DNA of 62,736 nt, the filler included, from Sphacelaria rigidula (Eukaryota), in the NCBI GenBank assembly GCA_964200075.2. It is 7 parts of 7 records of this genome, joined end to end, with 100 filler letters (N's around TTAATTAATTAA, not from the genome) between each part and the next. Parts side by side here need not be neighbours in the genome. Positions count along the whole stretch, not along the records: positions 35,909 to 44,785 come from CAXNAA020009864.1; positions 44,886 to 53,761 come from CAXNAA020009865.1; positions 53,862 to 62,736 come from CAXNAA020009866.1; 4 more parts are not named here. One strand, 5' to 3'. Below, in pieces: positions 42,089 through 54,105 of this stretch. Below the pieces are notes generated by a model. The model saw only the letters and a list, made by a program, of their open reading frames with translations. It did no database searches and was not told the DNA's origin. The stretch's first letter is position 1. Every line of letters starts with the position of its first letter. A program made the position numbers and the translations under genes.

Positions 42089-44304
42089 ACGCGTAGTATC
42101 GATACCGAAGTCCCGTGATTTTCACGCGAACAACCTGTCGTTCGTCGTGGACGCCTCGACAGTAATTTCAGCCTACTGCATAGTGCCGATTTGTGTGGGA
42201 AGGATGGGCGGAGCACGAATTACCAAGTGCGACTACCTTACTCGTGCTGATCGTATCTCGATGGACGTGTAACCATTATATGTAGATCAAAATAAAGATG
42301 AAACTCATTTCCGGTACTTATGAGACCGTTCAGTTCGGAACAGTATAATTTCCGATGTGAACTGACAACGGCCACTTTGGAAGGAACATCGTCCACGCCA
42401 GGAGCGTCTTCGCGTGTGTCGAACAAACGTGACATGTAATGTTGAGTGAACATCGCGTTAGTCTTTGCTGATGGAGGACATGACGGTCGAAATGGGAGAA
42501 GCCGAGCGTGTCTCAATACCTACAACGCCGGGACTGCCCACATGCCCACAAAATGTTGACCCCGGCTGATGAACACGATACCTAGCCACTACGGACGAAT
42601 GTGGTCTCATTCTAACCGCAATGGGCTACAGCGATAGCGCTATGGACCATAATATGTCTCGACTGATCAGCACCCTTGAACCTAGTCCGAAATTAGAAAC
42701 ACGAAGTCCAACCCAATTCTCATCAAATCTCCATGTGGTTCGAATCTCAGAAATCGTGAGGTTTGGGAATACAACGTGAGAAACATATTTGAAAACGTAT
42801 CCAACCGGGTCGAATTTTGCTCGAAACTGTCGAAGTTTCGGTGGTGTCGACAAGCAGTTTTGAGCAAAGATCTGCACGCGAATTGACGACTGCGGCGGGT
42901 CTGGAAGTGGTCCCGCTTCCGCAGGTCCAAGGTCAGGGTACTGCGTTATGCAACACGGCAACGCAACACCCACACACCCAGCCCTGGAAAGACATGCACA
43001 GACACCTACTATGATGGTAATGCGATGAGTGATTCTGCACTTCCTGAAATCCCCTCGGAAGAAAAGATTGTTTCGGAGGTGATATCGCAGCGACTAATAA
43101 GCTGGCGTTTTTGAAACAACGCATTTGGAAGGGGAGTATCCCCTCTATGACAGTCTTGACAGGCTTCGTCCTTCGGCGAACGTTTTGCAATGTTTTCTAG
43201 CTTTTTCTCGAGTTGGATCATGAAGTGCACACACGTTGCGCAGGCCGGATGTTACGGCGAGATATGTCTCACGATTAGTACACATTAAGGACGTCCAACG
43301 CCATTACGACCCCTGGACAGAGAAAACCGGCAGCACACGTCTTGAACAGTTGACATGATCCTATAGAGGGAAGTTTAGTCTGCCTTTCAGATTAGATCGG
43401 CTCCGTATGCAAAAAACTGTGCTTGCCGGCCCCGCCAGTATGCCCGGTAATCCGTGCAGATCGCCATAGGTTTTGTTGCACACGGGCACTTGTTGAGCGG
43501 TCGCTCTCGGAACCTTGGATGGAGCCAAACGAGTATGAAAAGCGGGCTAGGCTCTTCTCTGTGAGGCGATGAAAAGTGTACAACGGGTGTTGTGACGATT
43601 TTCCCTGTTTCGGGGCAAAAAGTGGCTCTATTGCGGTCGAAGCGAACAATGCGTGTGCCGAATATCTGTGTGCCGTAGTGTCCGGCCTCGGTATCTAAAC
43701 CTGAGCCACCGGGGCGACTGCGTAACGTGGTTATGTCGATCAATCCAACGGGGGTCCGATAAATTAATCCAAGGGAGAAACTCGCCTGTAAACGACCTGA
43801 AATCCTCATGTTTGTACCAATCGAGAATTGTTGCCATGAAGATGTGTCTTGTTCACCCCGAGGGACATTTGAGCCATTTTTCAACCCCTGAACAGGCGAA
43901 ATCGCCAACAACACACATCTCGGACACTTTGCAACACCCCACAGAGAGGAGCCCAGCTTACTCTTCAGATTCGCTTGCCTCCGCGGTTTCGAGACCGGCA
44001 GTTGAACAACAATTTGTGTGCACAACTCTATGTTTGTCGACCCTCGCCACTTTGCCCAATTATTGTTCGACGACCGCTCTGGAAACCTTGGAGGCAAGCG
44101 ACTCTGAAAAGTGGGCTACGCTCCTCGGTGGGGTGACGCAAAGTGTCCAAGATGTGTTCGCGATTTATCCTGTTTGTAGGTCAAAAAGTAGCTCAAACGT
44201 TCCCGAAGTGAACAAATCGTAGGCCAATAATCTCTGTGCCATAACATCCGACCTAAGTGCCGAACAGATAATTGTAACATTTCTTTGGGAAAAAATACAA
44301 CTGT

Positions 44305-44665
44305 GGTATGTTGTCCCATTTATTCTGGGCGCCAGTCTACCCCTTGCGGGATATGTGGGTGCACCAGCCGGGGTCACACAGGAGCAAGGTCAACACAGGA
44401 GCTTTTTTAATTTTTTTTTTATGTTTTTAGTACCCCACCTTCCTTCTGCGGTGCTTGCCTTCTTTTTTTTTTATCGCGAGAGGGATTTAGCAGTCCCTTT
44501 CCCTCGTCGACCGTCAAGTCGAATTTTGTGTACCCACGACATAGTCGCTCTCCACTGTTGAGCATGGTATAAGAAAAAATCCCAGATCGCTCCGGGAATC
44601 GAACCCCACAACTCAACCATCAGAAGGTTACACGAGGTTACCAACTGAGCCATCGGGGCGACCGG
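44305..44665 (-). mobile_element. tRNA-derived SINE, family A (near full length, ~360 bp)
   Basis: Reverse-strand A box (ccaactgagcca) and B box (gaatcgaacc); body and tail match 45997-46359. Confidence 0.85.
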
Positions 44666-44689
44666 CTGGCTCAGGTAAAGCCGCGTATG

Positions 44690-44785
44690 TGTGTGCTGTG
44701 TTATGTGTTATCCCATTTATTTTGGGCGTCAGTCTGCACCTTTCGGTATATGTGGGCGCACCAGCCGGGGTCACACAGGAGGAAG
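44690..44785 (-). mobile_element. SINE family A 3' fragment cut by the contig end
   Basis: atcccatttattttgggcgtcagtctgcacctttcggtatatgtgggcgcaccagccggggtcacacagga matches the tail of other copies. Confidence 0.75.
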
Positions 44786-44885
44786 NNNNNNNNNNNNNNN
44801 NNNNNNNNNNNNNNNNNNNNNNNNNNNNNTTAATTAATTAANNNNNNNNNNNNNNNNNNNNNNNNNNNNNNNNNNNNNNNNNNNN
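44786..44885. other. Artificial contig linker
   Basis: N run - TTAATTAATTAA - N run. Confidence 0.97.
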
Positions 44886-45996
44886 CGCCCTCTCGAACCA
44901 GGAGGGAGCCTTTTGGTTGCCAGTAACTGTTCCGGTAACCCCCCTTGACTCTTGTCCCCCCCCGCCCCCCCCCCCCGCCCTCCAGCCCCACCCCCGTCTC
45001 GTCTTTCTCCACAATTTCGGCCGGTCGATCCCCCTGAAGCCCTCGTCGCTTCGGTGAGTCTGTTGCAGGAAAATCGACAGGAAAACGGGCGAGGGTTTTC
45101 GGGTGGCGGTGTGATTGTCGGTGTTGTGCTGTTGGCTCTCGATCGTTTGACACGTTTCGGGTGGCGGACTTGAATCGAAGAAAATCCCTCAAGAGATGGG
45201 CGCCAGGTAGAATAGTAGCTGCTTGTGGAAGGACAAAAAGAAACACGTTTTAGCTGCTGCAAGCGAAACTAGCGTTCCGGAGACAATTACAGTGGTCGAC
45301 AATAGCCAGTGAACAAAAGTGTTTTCACAGATGAAGGTGGGACAGGACGGCGAAAAATGTGAGAGGATGGATGTATTCAGCTGAATACGAGAAAGGTGGT
45401 GGCAGGGCTACTGACTGTACTGTGCCGCAGACTGATGAGCCAACACCATAAATATATGACACTTGTTACTTGAATAAATACCACCGATAGACACAAGGGG
45501 TGGCATATATTTCGGTCCAGGTACCACAGCCCCCCCCTTCCCCATGTCCTTTTGGGAGAAATTCAATATTTTACATCTGGGCCGAAAACCACCAGTATAT
45601 ACTCGGTATGGAGACCTCTGACAAGCTGCTCAATTAGCTGCAGGGGTGGTTCAACGCACTTGAACAAGTGGTCTGGTGAACTGACGTTTCCCGCTTATTG
45701 TACACGTCCCCACAGCGTGGCGCGCGCTTTCCAGGAAACTCCAAAACCCGCTCGCCTCAGTTGTGTTGCTTTCATCACCACACCAATTCGATCTTTCTGA
45801 CTCGCGGTCACTTACCGCCCATAATAATGATGGAGTTTTTCTGTAGAAACCTGTTAGCTACTTGAATTGCAGATCGATTCAATTTATTCGCAAATTCTTT
45901 TATATAAGAACTTGACTTTCATATAAAATCAATTTAATGTTATATATATATGTATATTGATGTTTTTGGGGTGTGTTATTAAGCATATTATTTTTA

Positions 45997-46359
45997 TTGT
46001 GTGTTGTCATCCCATCCATTCTGGACGCAAGTCTACGCCTTTCGGTATACGTGGGCGCATCAGCCGGGGTCACACAGGAGGAAGGCCAACACAGGAGTCT
46101 GTTCCTTTTGAATTTATTTTACTTCTCCACCTTCCTTCTGCGGTGTTTGCCTTTTTTTTTCGTCGCGAGAGGGGTTCAGCGGTTCCTTTCCCTCGTCGAC
46201 CGTCAAGTTCGATTTTGTGTACCCACGACATGATCGCTTTCCACTGTTGGGCATGGCGTGAGAAAAAATCCCAGATCGTTTGACTGCACCGAGATTCGAA
46301 CCCACGACCCAACCGTCGGAGGGTTTCGAGATTACCAACTGAGCCACCGGGGCGACCGG
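45997..46359 (-). mobile_element. tRNA-derived SINE, family A (near full length)
   Basis: gattcgaacc (B box) and ccaactgagcca (A box) on the reverse strand; colinear with 44305-44665. Confidence 0.85.
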
Positions 46360-46400
46360 CGACAATTGTGCTATGTTATTTTGTCGTCCCGTAACAAATG

Positions 46401-47395
46401 CAGTGGGTTCCACACTTTGAGGCCGATCACTTCAAGGAAATTACGTCAAGGCCGGGTTTTCGGCTTGCACGGTTCGAACCAGCGGTGAAGCCGGTTTCAT
46501 TTACAGAGGCCCGATCCGGCCTTGAGCCGTGCCGCCCCGCCGATCACGGTACCCCATCCACCGCTGCAGTCGATCACCAAATCTATCGGTAAACCGGCGG
46601 TCACTCGAGAAAGAAGAAAAAAAGGGGGGGTACAGACGGATATCTGCCACTCCGGCCGCAGTTGACGAGCGGTTTGCAGGTGGTATGGACAGTACGGAAT
46701 TGTACCGGAGGTGTGATTCGGGGTGCTCATGGCATCGGATACAGTACTGGTATACTGGTGTGTTCTTGATTTCGCGAAATTGGCAACATCGTACACAGCG
46801 TGATAGTGCAGACAGATAGCGCTGAAAGGGCGCTCGTTTGCGTCCTTTTCTTGTGTCTTGACAACAAACAAAACCAAATACTCTGCACAAACAAGTCTAC
46901 ACATACGGAGAGTGGGTTCTGCTTTGACTCGTCATTCAACGTCGGTGATTTGGCACAGCTTGTTTTCGAGACGGTTGCTACCAGGTGGCTGTTCATCACA
47001 GTTACGGCACATACAGCAACTGGCACCGCATCATTTCGTATTCTGCTCTTCGACCCATCTACTGCTAAGTGCCCCATACCTGTTGAAACATGTTCATCTT
47101 GGTGTAGACACAGGTCGATCCGGCCGCACGTCTGGATGCGCGCGGTTCAAGGCCGGAATCGGCCTCACGGTGTATCATATGGATTAACCCTTAAGCCGCG
47201 ATATTAGTCTTTCTGTATCATGCATACTTTTTTTCACTTGAAATTGATGCCGATTCAACAGAAGACTAACCTCGCGGTCTAAGGGTTAAGGCCGATTCGG
47301 CCTTAACACGTGACGTGACCATGCTGGCCGAAAACGACGGTAAGGCCGGGTTTTTCTCCATGCACGGGGGCGGCCTCAATGTGTGGAACCCACCG
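46401..47395. mobile_element. Non-autonomous TIR DNA transposon, probably Tc1/mariner-like (TA target)
   Basis: TIRs CAGTGGGTTCCACACTTTGAGGCCG / CGGCCTCAATGTGTGGAACCCACCG; flanked by TG (left) and TA (right); AGGCCG/CGGCCT motifs clustered at both ends. Confidence 0.78.
47188..47285. mobile_element. 98-bp piggyBac-type MITE nested in the 46401-47395 element
   Basis: TTAA|CCCTTAAGCCGCGA...TCGCGGTCTAAGGG|TTAA with perfect TTAA on both sides. Confidence 0.82.
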
Positions 47396-48173
47396 TACCC
47401 CCAAAACAGGGCACATCCTTTTCGAAGCACGTACGTTCTAGAACATGAAGAAATTTGATTTTCAGAGCTCTGACAACGACTGGCAGCTGGACGAGTTGGA
47501 TTCAGAGTACCCTGCCGCCGCCCCTCCCCCCCCCCCCCCCCTCCGCTAAATGTGGGCTTACACAAGAAGCAATGTCACGTGTTGTGCCTGGATTGAAAGA
47601 TATCCCACCCCTTGATGAATACCGCACGTTACACATATCACCAGGTGTATCAATAACGTGCTTGACTCTTGAGTTGCCGTCCTGAGCTCTGCCTGTGTGG
47701 GGATATTGAATAGTGCTGCACGGTGGCGGAGTGTTTTACGCTCGCGTACAATAAACACATGAGGGGATGGGTGCTGGGATACAGGTATGAGAAAAAATAA
47801 TGCGATCAATAGCACATGAACCACAATTGTTCCCAGTGCGTACGATGCCGGACAGGCAACACCCGCGGTCTGATCTTCGCAGGACATGGCATGAACTGCT
47901 GTACTGTTTTTGTGTCCCGGTCGGTGCAAAAGTCGTACCCCGCACGCAGTCCTCTCTACATTGTGTTGAAAAAGTCATGGTGTGTCCGTTGTTGTCTTCT
48001 GTAAAACGAGCATGGCGTTTCGTGCCCAGACCCATCATTTCTACCGTAAGCTGTAGTTATCGCTATACTGTGATGCGTTTGAACCCTACGTACACGGCTT
48101 CATCTACGCTGGAGATTGCCTGAGCTGTAGTGTTCCGGTCTGTACAGAATTGGGGTGGGAACAAAGTGCTGTC

Positions 48174-49785
48174 TACACAAAGTTGCACACGTCGAACAGA
48201 TCAGCTCCCTATAGCTCGAGCTAGCTCTGTTATAGCGTAGCCCCCTAATGAGCTATGAGAGCTGCATGAGCTACGCATGTTTGCCCTAGGTGAGCTACAA
48301 ACCCGTAGCTCATCAGCTCATCTTCACCTTGGGTGAGCCATGAGAGCTGCCTAAGCTACGCATGTTTGTCCTGGATGAGCCATGAGAGCTACATGAGTTA
48401 TACATGTTTGCCCTGGGTAAGCTATGGCTGCTACATGAGCTACGCAGGTTCATCTGGTTGAGCTATGAGAGCTACATGAGCTACACATGTTTGCCCTGGT
48501 TGAGCTAAACAGCTACGGGACCTACGTCGATTTCAGAGTTATTTCTGTTCCGATGCTCATGCACGTTGATACGTGAAAACGGTTACATGTGTATACAACT
48601 GTGTTCCGTTTTATGCAGAGATGGGTTTGATTTTTGTAAACATCAACATGACGGGATCAGAAGCCATCCGCACTGTAGCCACCACACCCACACACAACCC
48701 GCCCTACATGGCGACCGCCGGGGGCACCAGCTCTAGCGGCGCTTCAGTCGGAAATGATGCCGTAAATTTAGATCCTCCGCAACAGGCGATCGATGTGGAG
48801 GAAGAAGTGAACACACGTAAAATATTAGACTGCTCAACCCTTTGACCGCAAGGGTAGGCAATTTGTTGACTCGGCACCATTCACACCCGGAAAAAAATAC
48901 AAATTATTCTGATTGAACAGATCGCCAACCCTCGCGGTCAAAGGGTTAACCGTTTGACGGCGAGCATAGGTCATCTGTTGAATCGGCTTCAAGTTTACTT
49001 AAAAAAAGTATACATGACCAGATGGACTCGTATCCTGGCGGCCAAGGTGTGAAAAAAAAATGAATTGGGCGATTATTAAAGGCACCGAATATTAATAATG
49101 TTCTGAATCATCCGACCATGCGAACGAGGATTTGTGTTGACTTCTTTTCTTCCCGTCGCGGATAGCGAGGCAGAACACCACAACCTAGAGATGTGATCCG
49201 CTATCCGTTCGAACAAGACTGTAATATCATGGGCGACACCAGGTTTACCAGCGGCGAGCTAGGCGCATGGCGTGAGTGAGCTGCGAGCATGTGTTCCCGG
49301 GGTAAGCTACCCGGCGTAGCTCATCCACTCATGTTTTCCCCGGGTGAGCTACAAGACTTGCGTGAGCTACACGTGTTTGCCTTGGGTGAGCTATCGAGTG
49401 TAGCTCATCCGTATATACTTTCGCTGGGTGAGCTAAAAGAGCTGCGTGAGCTACACATGATTTTCCTGGGTGAGTTATGATAGCTACATGAGCTATGCAC
49501 GTTTGTCCCGGGTGAGCTACCACCCCGTAGCTCATCAGCTCATACTCGCGGTGGGTGAGCCATGAGAGCTGCATGAGCTACGCATGTTTGTCCTGGGTGA
49601 GCTACCAACTCGTACCACATTAGCTCATATTCCCCCTGGGAGAGCTGTGAGAGCTGTATGAGCTACGCATGTTTGTCCCGTGTGAGCTATCGGACGTAGC
49701 TCGCACGTACATGTTTGACTACAAGTGAGCTACAGCCCGCAGATGAGCTAGCTCATGAGCTGTCCGACGTGTGCAAAGTTGTATA
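48174..49785. mobile_element. Non-autonomous TIR DNA transposon with GAGCTA-rich ~42-bp subterminal arrays
   Basis: Ends TACACAAAGTTGCACACGTCGAACAG / CTGTCCGACGTGTGCAAAGTTGTATA are inverted. Arrays of GAGCTACATGAGCTACGCATGTTTGCCCTGGGTGAGCTA at ~48205-48520 and ~49255-49760. Confidence 0.78.
48838..48945. mobile_element. 108-bp piggyBac-type MITE nested in the 48174-49785 element; a related degenerate copy follows at ~48950-49048
   Basis: TCAA|CCCTTTGACCGCAAGGG...CCCTCGCGGTCAAAGGG|TTAA; the next segment resembles the reverse complement of 47188-47285. Confidence 0.75.
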
Positions 49786-52700
49786 AGCCACGCGTGATGA
49801 CTGTCTAGCCGTTGTGTGTTCTTTGGGTTCTGCTCTACAGGTGCAAATTTCCTATTAAATATTATAGATCACGCCAATTTCGTGTGTGCAACTCCGAGTT
49901 TGTGCCATGAAGAGTATACAAAAACATTTTTGCCCGTTAAAAATAGCGACAGAAAGAGACGGCGTTAAAAATCGGCTACTTTTCCTTCCGTCATTTTTTG
50001 TCCCATATGAGGTGTTCTTAGGCCGTGTCTTCGCAAATTATGTTTTGATCGAAACGGCGCGGTCGTGAACGAAAATCCGATCTGATAGGGTGTGATGTCA
50101 ACATAACGGACGAAATTTGAAATCACGACCTATCAGACCGGATTTTTCCTTTTCCACCACATATTTTCGATCGAATTTTTTTTTGCACAGGTCGCATCTT
50201 GCAGCCTGTGACCACGGAAGGCGTGCGGATCAGATGCCCCGTACGGAAATAATAAGTACTGCGCAGATACGTCAACACTTGAACAGAAAGAAACACTATT
50301 AAAAAAGGGTGAAATGATACACACCGCCAACAGTACAGCAACACATGTGCTCGAGGTGCAAAAGTAACCATGCATCAATCTATATCCTAGCCCCACAGGA
50401 GACCCACATCGCACTCCAAGGTAAATCCGCCCATTTCATTTGAATCCGTTCGAGAGACACCATCAAATTTCAGAGGGAAAATACAGCAACCTGTACCCTT
50501 GAGACTGTCTGCAGTAGTAGACTCGAGTGTGACGGTACAATCCCAACTTTAAGAGGAGAGCGCTCAGGGAGATAAGGATGAAAGACCGGGACCTAGTAAG
50601 CGAGAGCGAGAAAGCAATGGCCGACTATCACAACCTGGTGGCATGCCCGCGTCAGGGGTCAGGGGTTGAACCCGAGAGCTCAGCTTTACAACCTAATCTC
50701 AGGTCACCAAGTAGGCGTGGGACCCATCATTTTCATTGACGGGGTATATAACCCCTGGCGATCACCTTCCAAACCTTGAGTTCACTGGAGGCGACTGCAC
50801 CGTCGATACTGTGTCATCGTAGCCAATTCTGTGAAGATATTTAGACAAGAGATTTCTTGCGACTAGGTAGTCTGGTACCAGTATTTGGAGACGTCATGCG
50901 TGGGAACACCAAATCACAAGGGGGGGGGGGGGGGGGTTTTAGTTATGGGGGGGGGGACAAGAAAGAAAAAAGAAGCAAGAAAGAAAAAAAAAAGAGGANN
51001 NNNNNNNNTATTTAATGAAGTTTTTTTGGTGGATGGTTTGTGTGGTTCGGTGGTGTGGGGGGGGTCGGGGGGGAAAAAAAACAAGAGGGGGGGGGGGGGG
51101 GGGGTGTTATTACTATCATGGGGCGTGAACAGTACAGGACAACAGTCAGAGAGAACAGACAGAAACGAAGTTCATGTACCTTTCTGAGACAAATAGAACG
51201 AAGACCTCTTTCTGCCTCCACGCAAATAAAAGGCCCGGAAATCAAACTGGCGTCGCGCTTGTCCTGCTCCGCAAGCTATTCCCCCTTGTTCTGCTTTGCT
51301 TTCTTTGAATGTTCCGCTGCGCGAGGGTAGTGAAAGTTTGCTACGCGTATGATTTTGCCATCATTAGAAAAAGTTCTGTCTCCACAGCTCCGCAGTCCGA
51401 TCTCCTGTGTCCAGATCGTACTATTGTAGCTTGCATGCCTCACTGGGATGCGACTATCGGCAGGTGACAGCACAACTTCAGTTTGTCGCCCATATCTGTC
51501 GTCAATATCATCAACTGCTTGAGTGGTAGCAGAGGGCAGAAGGGGGTCGACACGGAGTGAGTGCCAGAAAAAGAAGAAGCAGGGGAAGGGGTACAATAAC
51601 AAGTGCATTTGCCGCAGTTTTCAGCATATTTCTTCGGACCCCCTCATGCTGCATACCACAGTGACAGCGAGAGGTGCATCCTCTTGCGCTGTCAGGCTAT
51701 TGCTGGTAGTAGAGGTGAAGGCTTAGCGAACAAGTTGCAAGCAACGATTGGCTCGTATCAGTGTCCCTAAGGACCGAGACGTTGGAATGGTGCTGGCCTC
51801 GAAAAAGGGTAGGTGGTTCTTTTTTAGGGAGGCGTTATGCTTTCACCATCTGACTGCGAGCTTGTCCTTGGAACAGTTTATCCGGCAGTCCCACAGTTAT
51901 ACTGTTGTAGATCATGCAATGATTGTACAGTAGTGCATTGCCGTACAGTATTTTGTTGGCCCATTCTCCAGCGCCCTGTGTTGCACCTGTGCGGGCGGCT
52001 CAATTATGGAGCGTTCGCCGAGGGTACTCTACTGTGGTCCTGAGGCTATCTCATATCTCATGGATGTGAAGAATGTATTGAAAAAAACGCGATTCAGCCC
52101 GGATTCTGCTCAAATACGGAGCTCAGCGAATTGTGCCACCTCCGAATGAATTGCAGTCCTCTTCGAGAGGATTCCAACGCACTTTCCCGACCTTTCCCGT
52201 AGTTTTACTTCTGGCTAGACTATCGCTTTCTCAAATGCCCGAAAGTATTGTTTCTTTTCAACTAGTTCTTTGAGGTTTCGGGGGAATTCGAAGGACGTCG
52301 AGAGCTACGTATACAGCACCCAAAATTGCGTGCAGTCGGGCGAAGACTCAAAGTGGACTTGGGAGTCAAGCTGGACTTACAAAAAATCAGAAAATTTGTT
52401 TCATCCTCTCGGACAGAGCGAGCTCTCTTCCGAGGTGACGCATTCTGCCGAGCCACCTTCCGAAAACCGGCAGGCTGCTTCACAAGGGTTTGGAAAATTA
52501 ATTTATTCAAAACGTGCCTATTTCGACGATTCAGCGCCGGTTTTGCACCAAGTAGGGCTCGCCGGGTTGCACCTCCTCTTCGGGATTCCAGCGCACTTTG
52601 CCGGTACCCCCAGTTCAACTTTTGACCGGACTAGAAGGTTCCCATACAACAGCGGCTCGCTTGTCCAGTAGGACACGAGGTTGCAAGAAAATTAGGCCGA

Positions 52701-53114
52701 GATTTCCGACATAAATAAAAAGTTTTAGCCTCAGTGACGACCGCTACACAAGGTTCGATACAGTACGTCATGCATCAACCTTTGCACCAGACAAAAAAGT
52801 CAGGCTAATCCTGATTTTCAGTTTTCTCGAGCGGACCGCTACTACTGTTGTACAACCCAGATCCCCAGAAACGTTGACACAAAACTCACAGAAAAATTAT
52901 ATATTTCGGGGTGTATAAGACGCCATCGGTGGGCCAAAAGCCAAACTGAGCGTATCGGGAAAGTGTGTTGGCATCCTCTCGGAGGGTACAGCAACTCTTC
53001 CCGAGGCGGCACAATCCCCCAGGCTACTTTTTCGGGCCAATCTGGTGCCAAGCCGTCAAAGTATTGATCATTGATCACAACATATTTTCTTCGTACTCAT
53101 TAATAGCGACCTTA

Positions 53115-53586
53115 GGCTACTTCTCATGTATAAAAAAATGAATCTTGTTGAAAAGTGCATTTTTGGCCCTTCTCCGTCGTTTTTCCCCGAAAAGAGGGCT
53201 AGGCGGATCCTGACACCTTGGGATGACTTGCTCTACTCGCTGAGACGGTTCCAGAGCACGTGTGCGCTTCCCGTAGGTCACAGTTTCGTTCTGGGCCAAA
53301 ATTGCATTTTCAATAACAAATGGCCAAGTTATCAAAAAACAGTTGAAAACTGACGTTTTTTCGGTAACTTGACTATTCGTTATTGAAAATGCAAGTTCGA
53401 CCAAAGACGAAACCGTGACCTACGGAATACGCGGAAGTGCTCTGGAACGGCCTCGGCGAGAATAGCAAGTCATTCCAAGGTGTCAGGATCCGCCTAGCCC
53501 TCTTTTCGGGGGGAAAACGACGGCGAAGGGCCAAAAATGCGCTTTTCAACAAGTTTTATTTTTCGATACACAGGAAGTATGTAGCC
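53115..53586. mobile_element. PIF/Harbinger (Tourist-like) foldback MITE, 472 bp
   Basis: TTA|GGCTAC...GTAGCC|TTA (3-bp TTA TSD); almost entirely palindromic (gaaaagagggctaggcggatcctgacaccttgg / ccaaggtgtcaggatccgcctagccctcttttc). Confidence 0.88.
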
Positions 53587-53761
53587 TTACTACTTGTATC
53601 TCTACGAACGGACGGCAACGGTTGAATCTAGTGTGTTGGTATATAGCTTCTTGCCGTCAGGTGAGTCACACAGATTTGAATTTTGATTTTGAAGAACGGG
53701 GGTTCGATTCCCGATGCGTGGGGTTTACTCTTCGTAATGTTTGATTTCCACCGTGGAAAGC

Positions 53762-53861
53762 NNNNNNNNNNNNNNNNNNNNNNNNNNNNNNNNNNNNNNN
53801 NNNNNTTAATTAATTAANNNNNNNNNNNNNNNNNNNNNNNNNNNNNNNNNNNNNNNNNNNN
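53762..53861. other. Artificial contig linker
   Basis: N44-TTAATTAATTAA-N44. Confidence 0.97.
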
Positions 53862-53930
53862 GAATCGAACCCCACAACTCAACTGTCGGAAGGTTACGAG
53901 GTTACCAACTGAGCCACCGGAGCGACCGGT
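53862..53930 (-). mobile_element. SINE family A head fragment at contig start
   Basis: gaatcgaaccc...ttaccaactgagccaccggagcgaccggt matches the tRNA-like head of other copies. Confidence 0.8.
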
Positions 53931-53934
53931 CAAA

Positions 53935-54105
53935 ACAAATAATAGGGCAAGCACTCGAGTCATTGTTCGTTTTCGGAACAAATAATGGGGCGAGCAAGTT
54001 GGGGAAAAAAAATGATACAGCGAGCACTCGAGTCATTGCTCGTTGGGGGAAAAAAAATTAATAGGGCGAGCACACGACGAATCATCGCTCGTTGTAAAAA
54101 AAAAG
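53935..54105. repeat. Degenerate ~45-bp minisatellite
   Basis: aaataatagggcgagcactcgagtcattgctcgttg-like unit, about 4 copies. Confidence 0.6.

Noticed and set aside
42620..44260. 236-aa and 189-aa ORFs downstream of tubulin
   Set aside because: No recognisable motifs; the sequence looks like non-coding TE interior and I could not define termini.
48205..49760. GAGCTA arrays (and the 9010-9550 array) as CRISPR-like repeats
   Set aside because: Degenerate tandem units without unique spacers, no cas genes, eukaryotic TE context.
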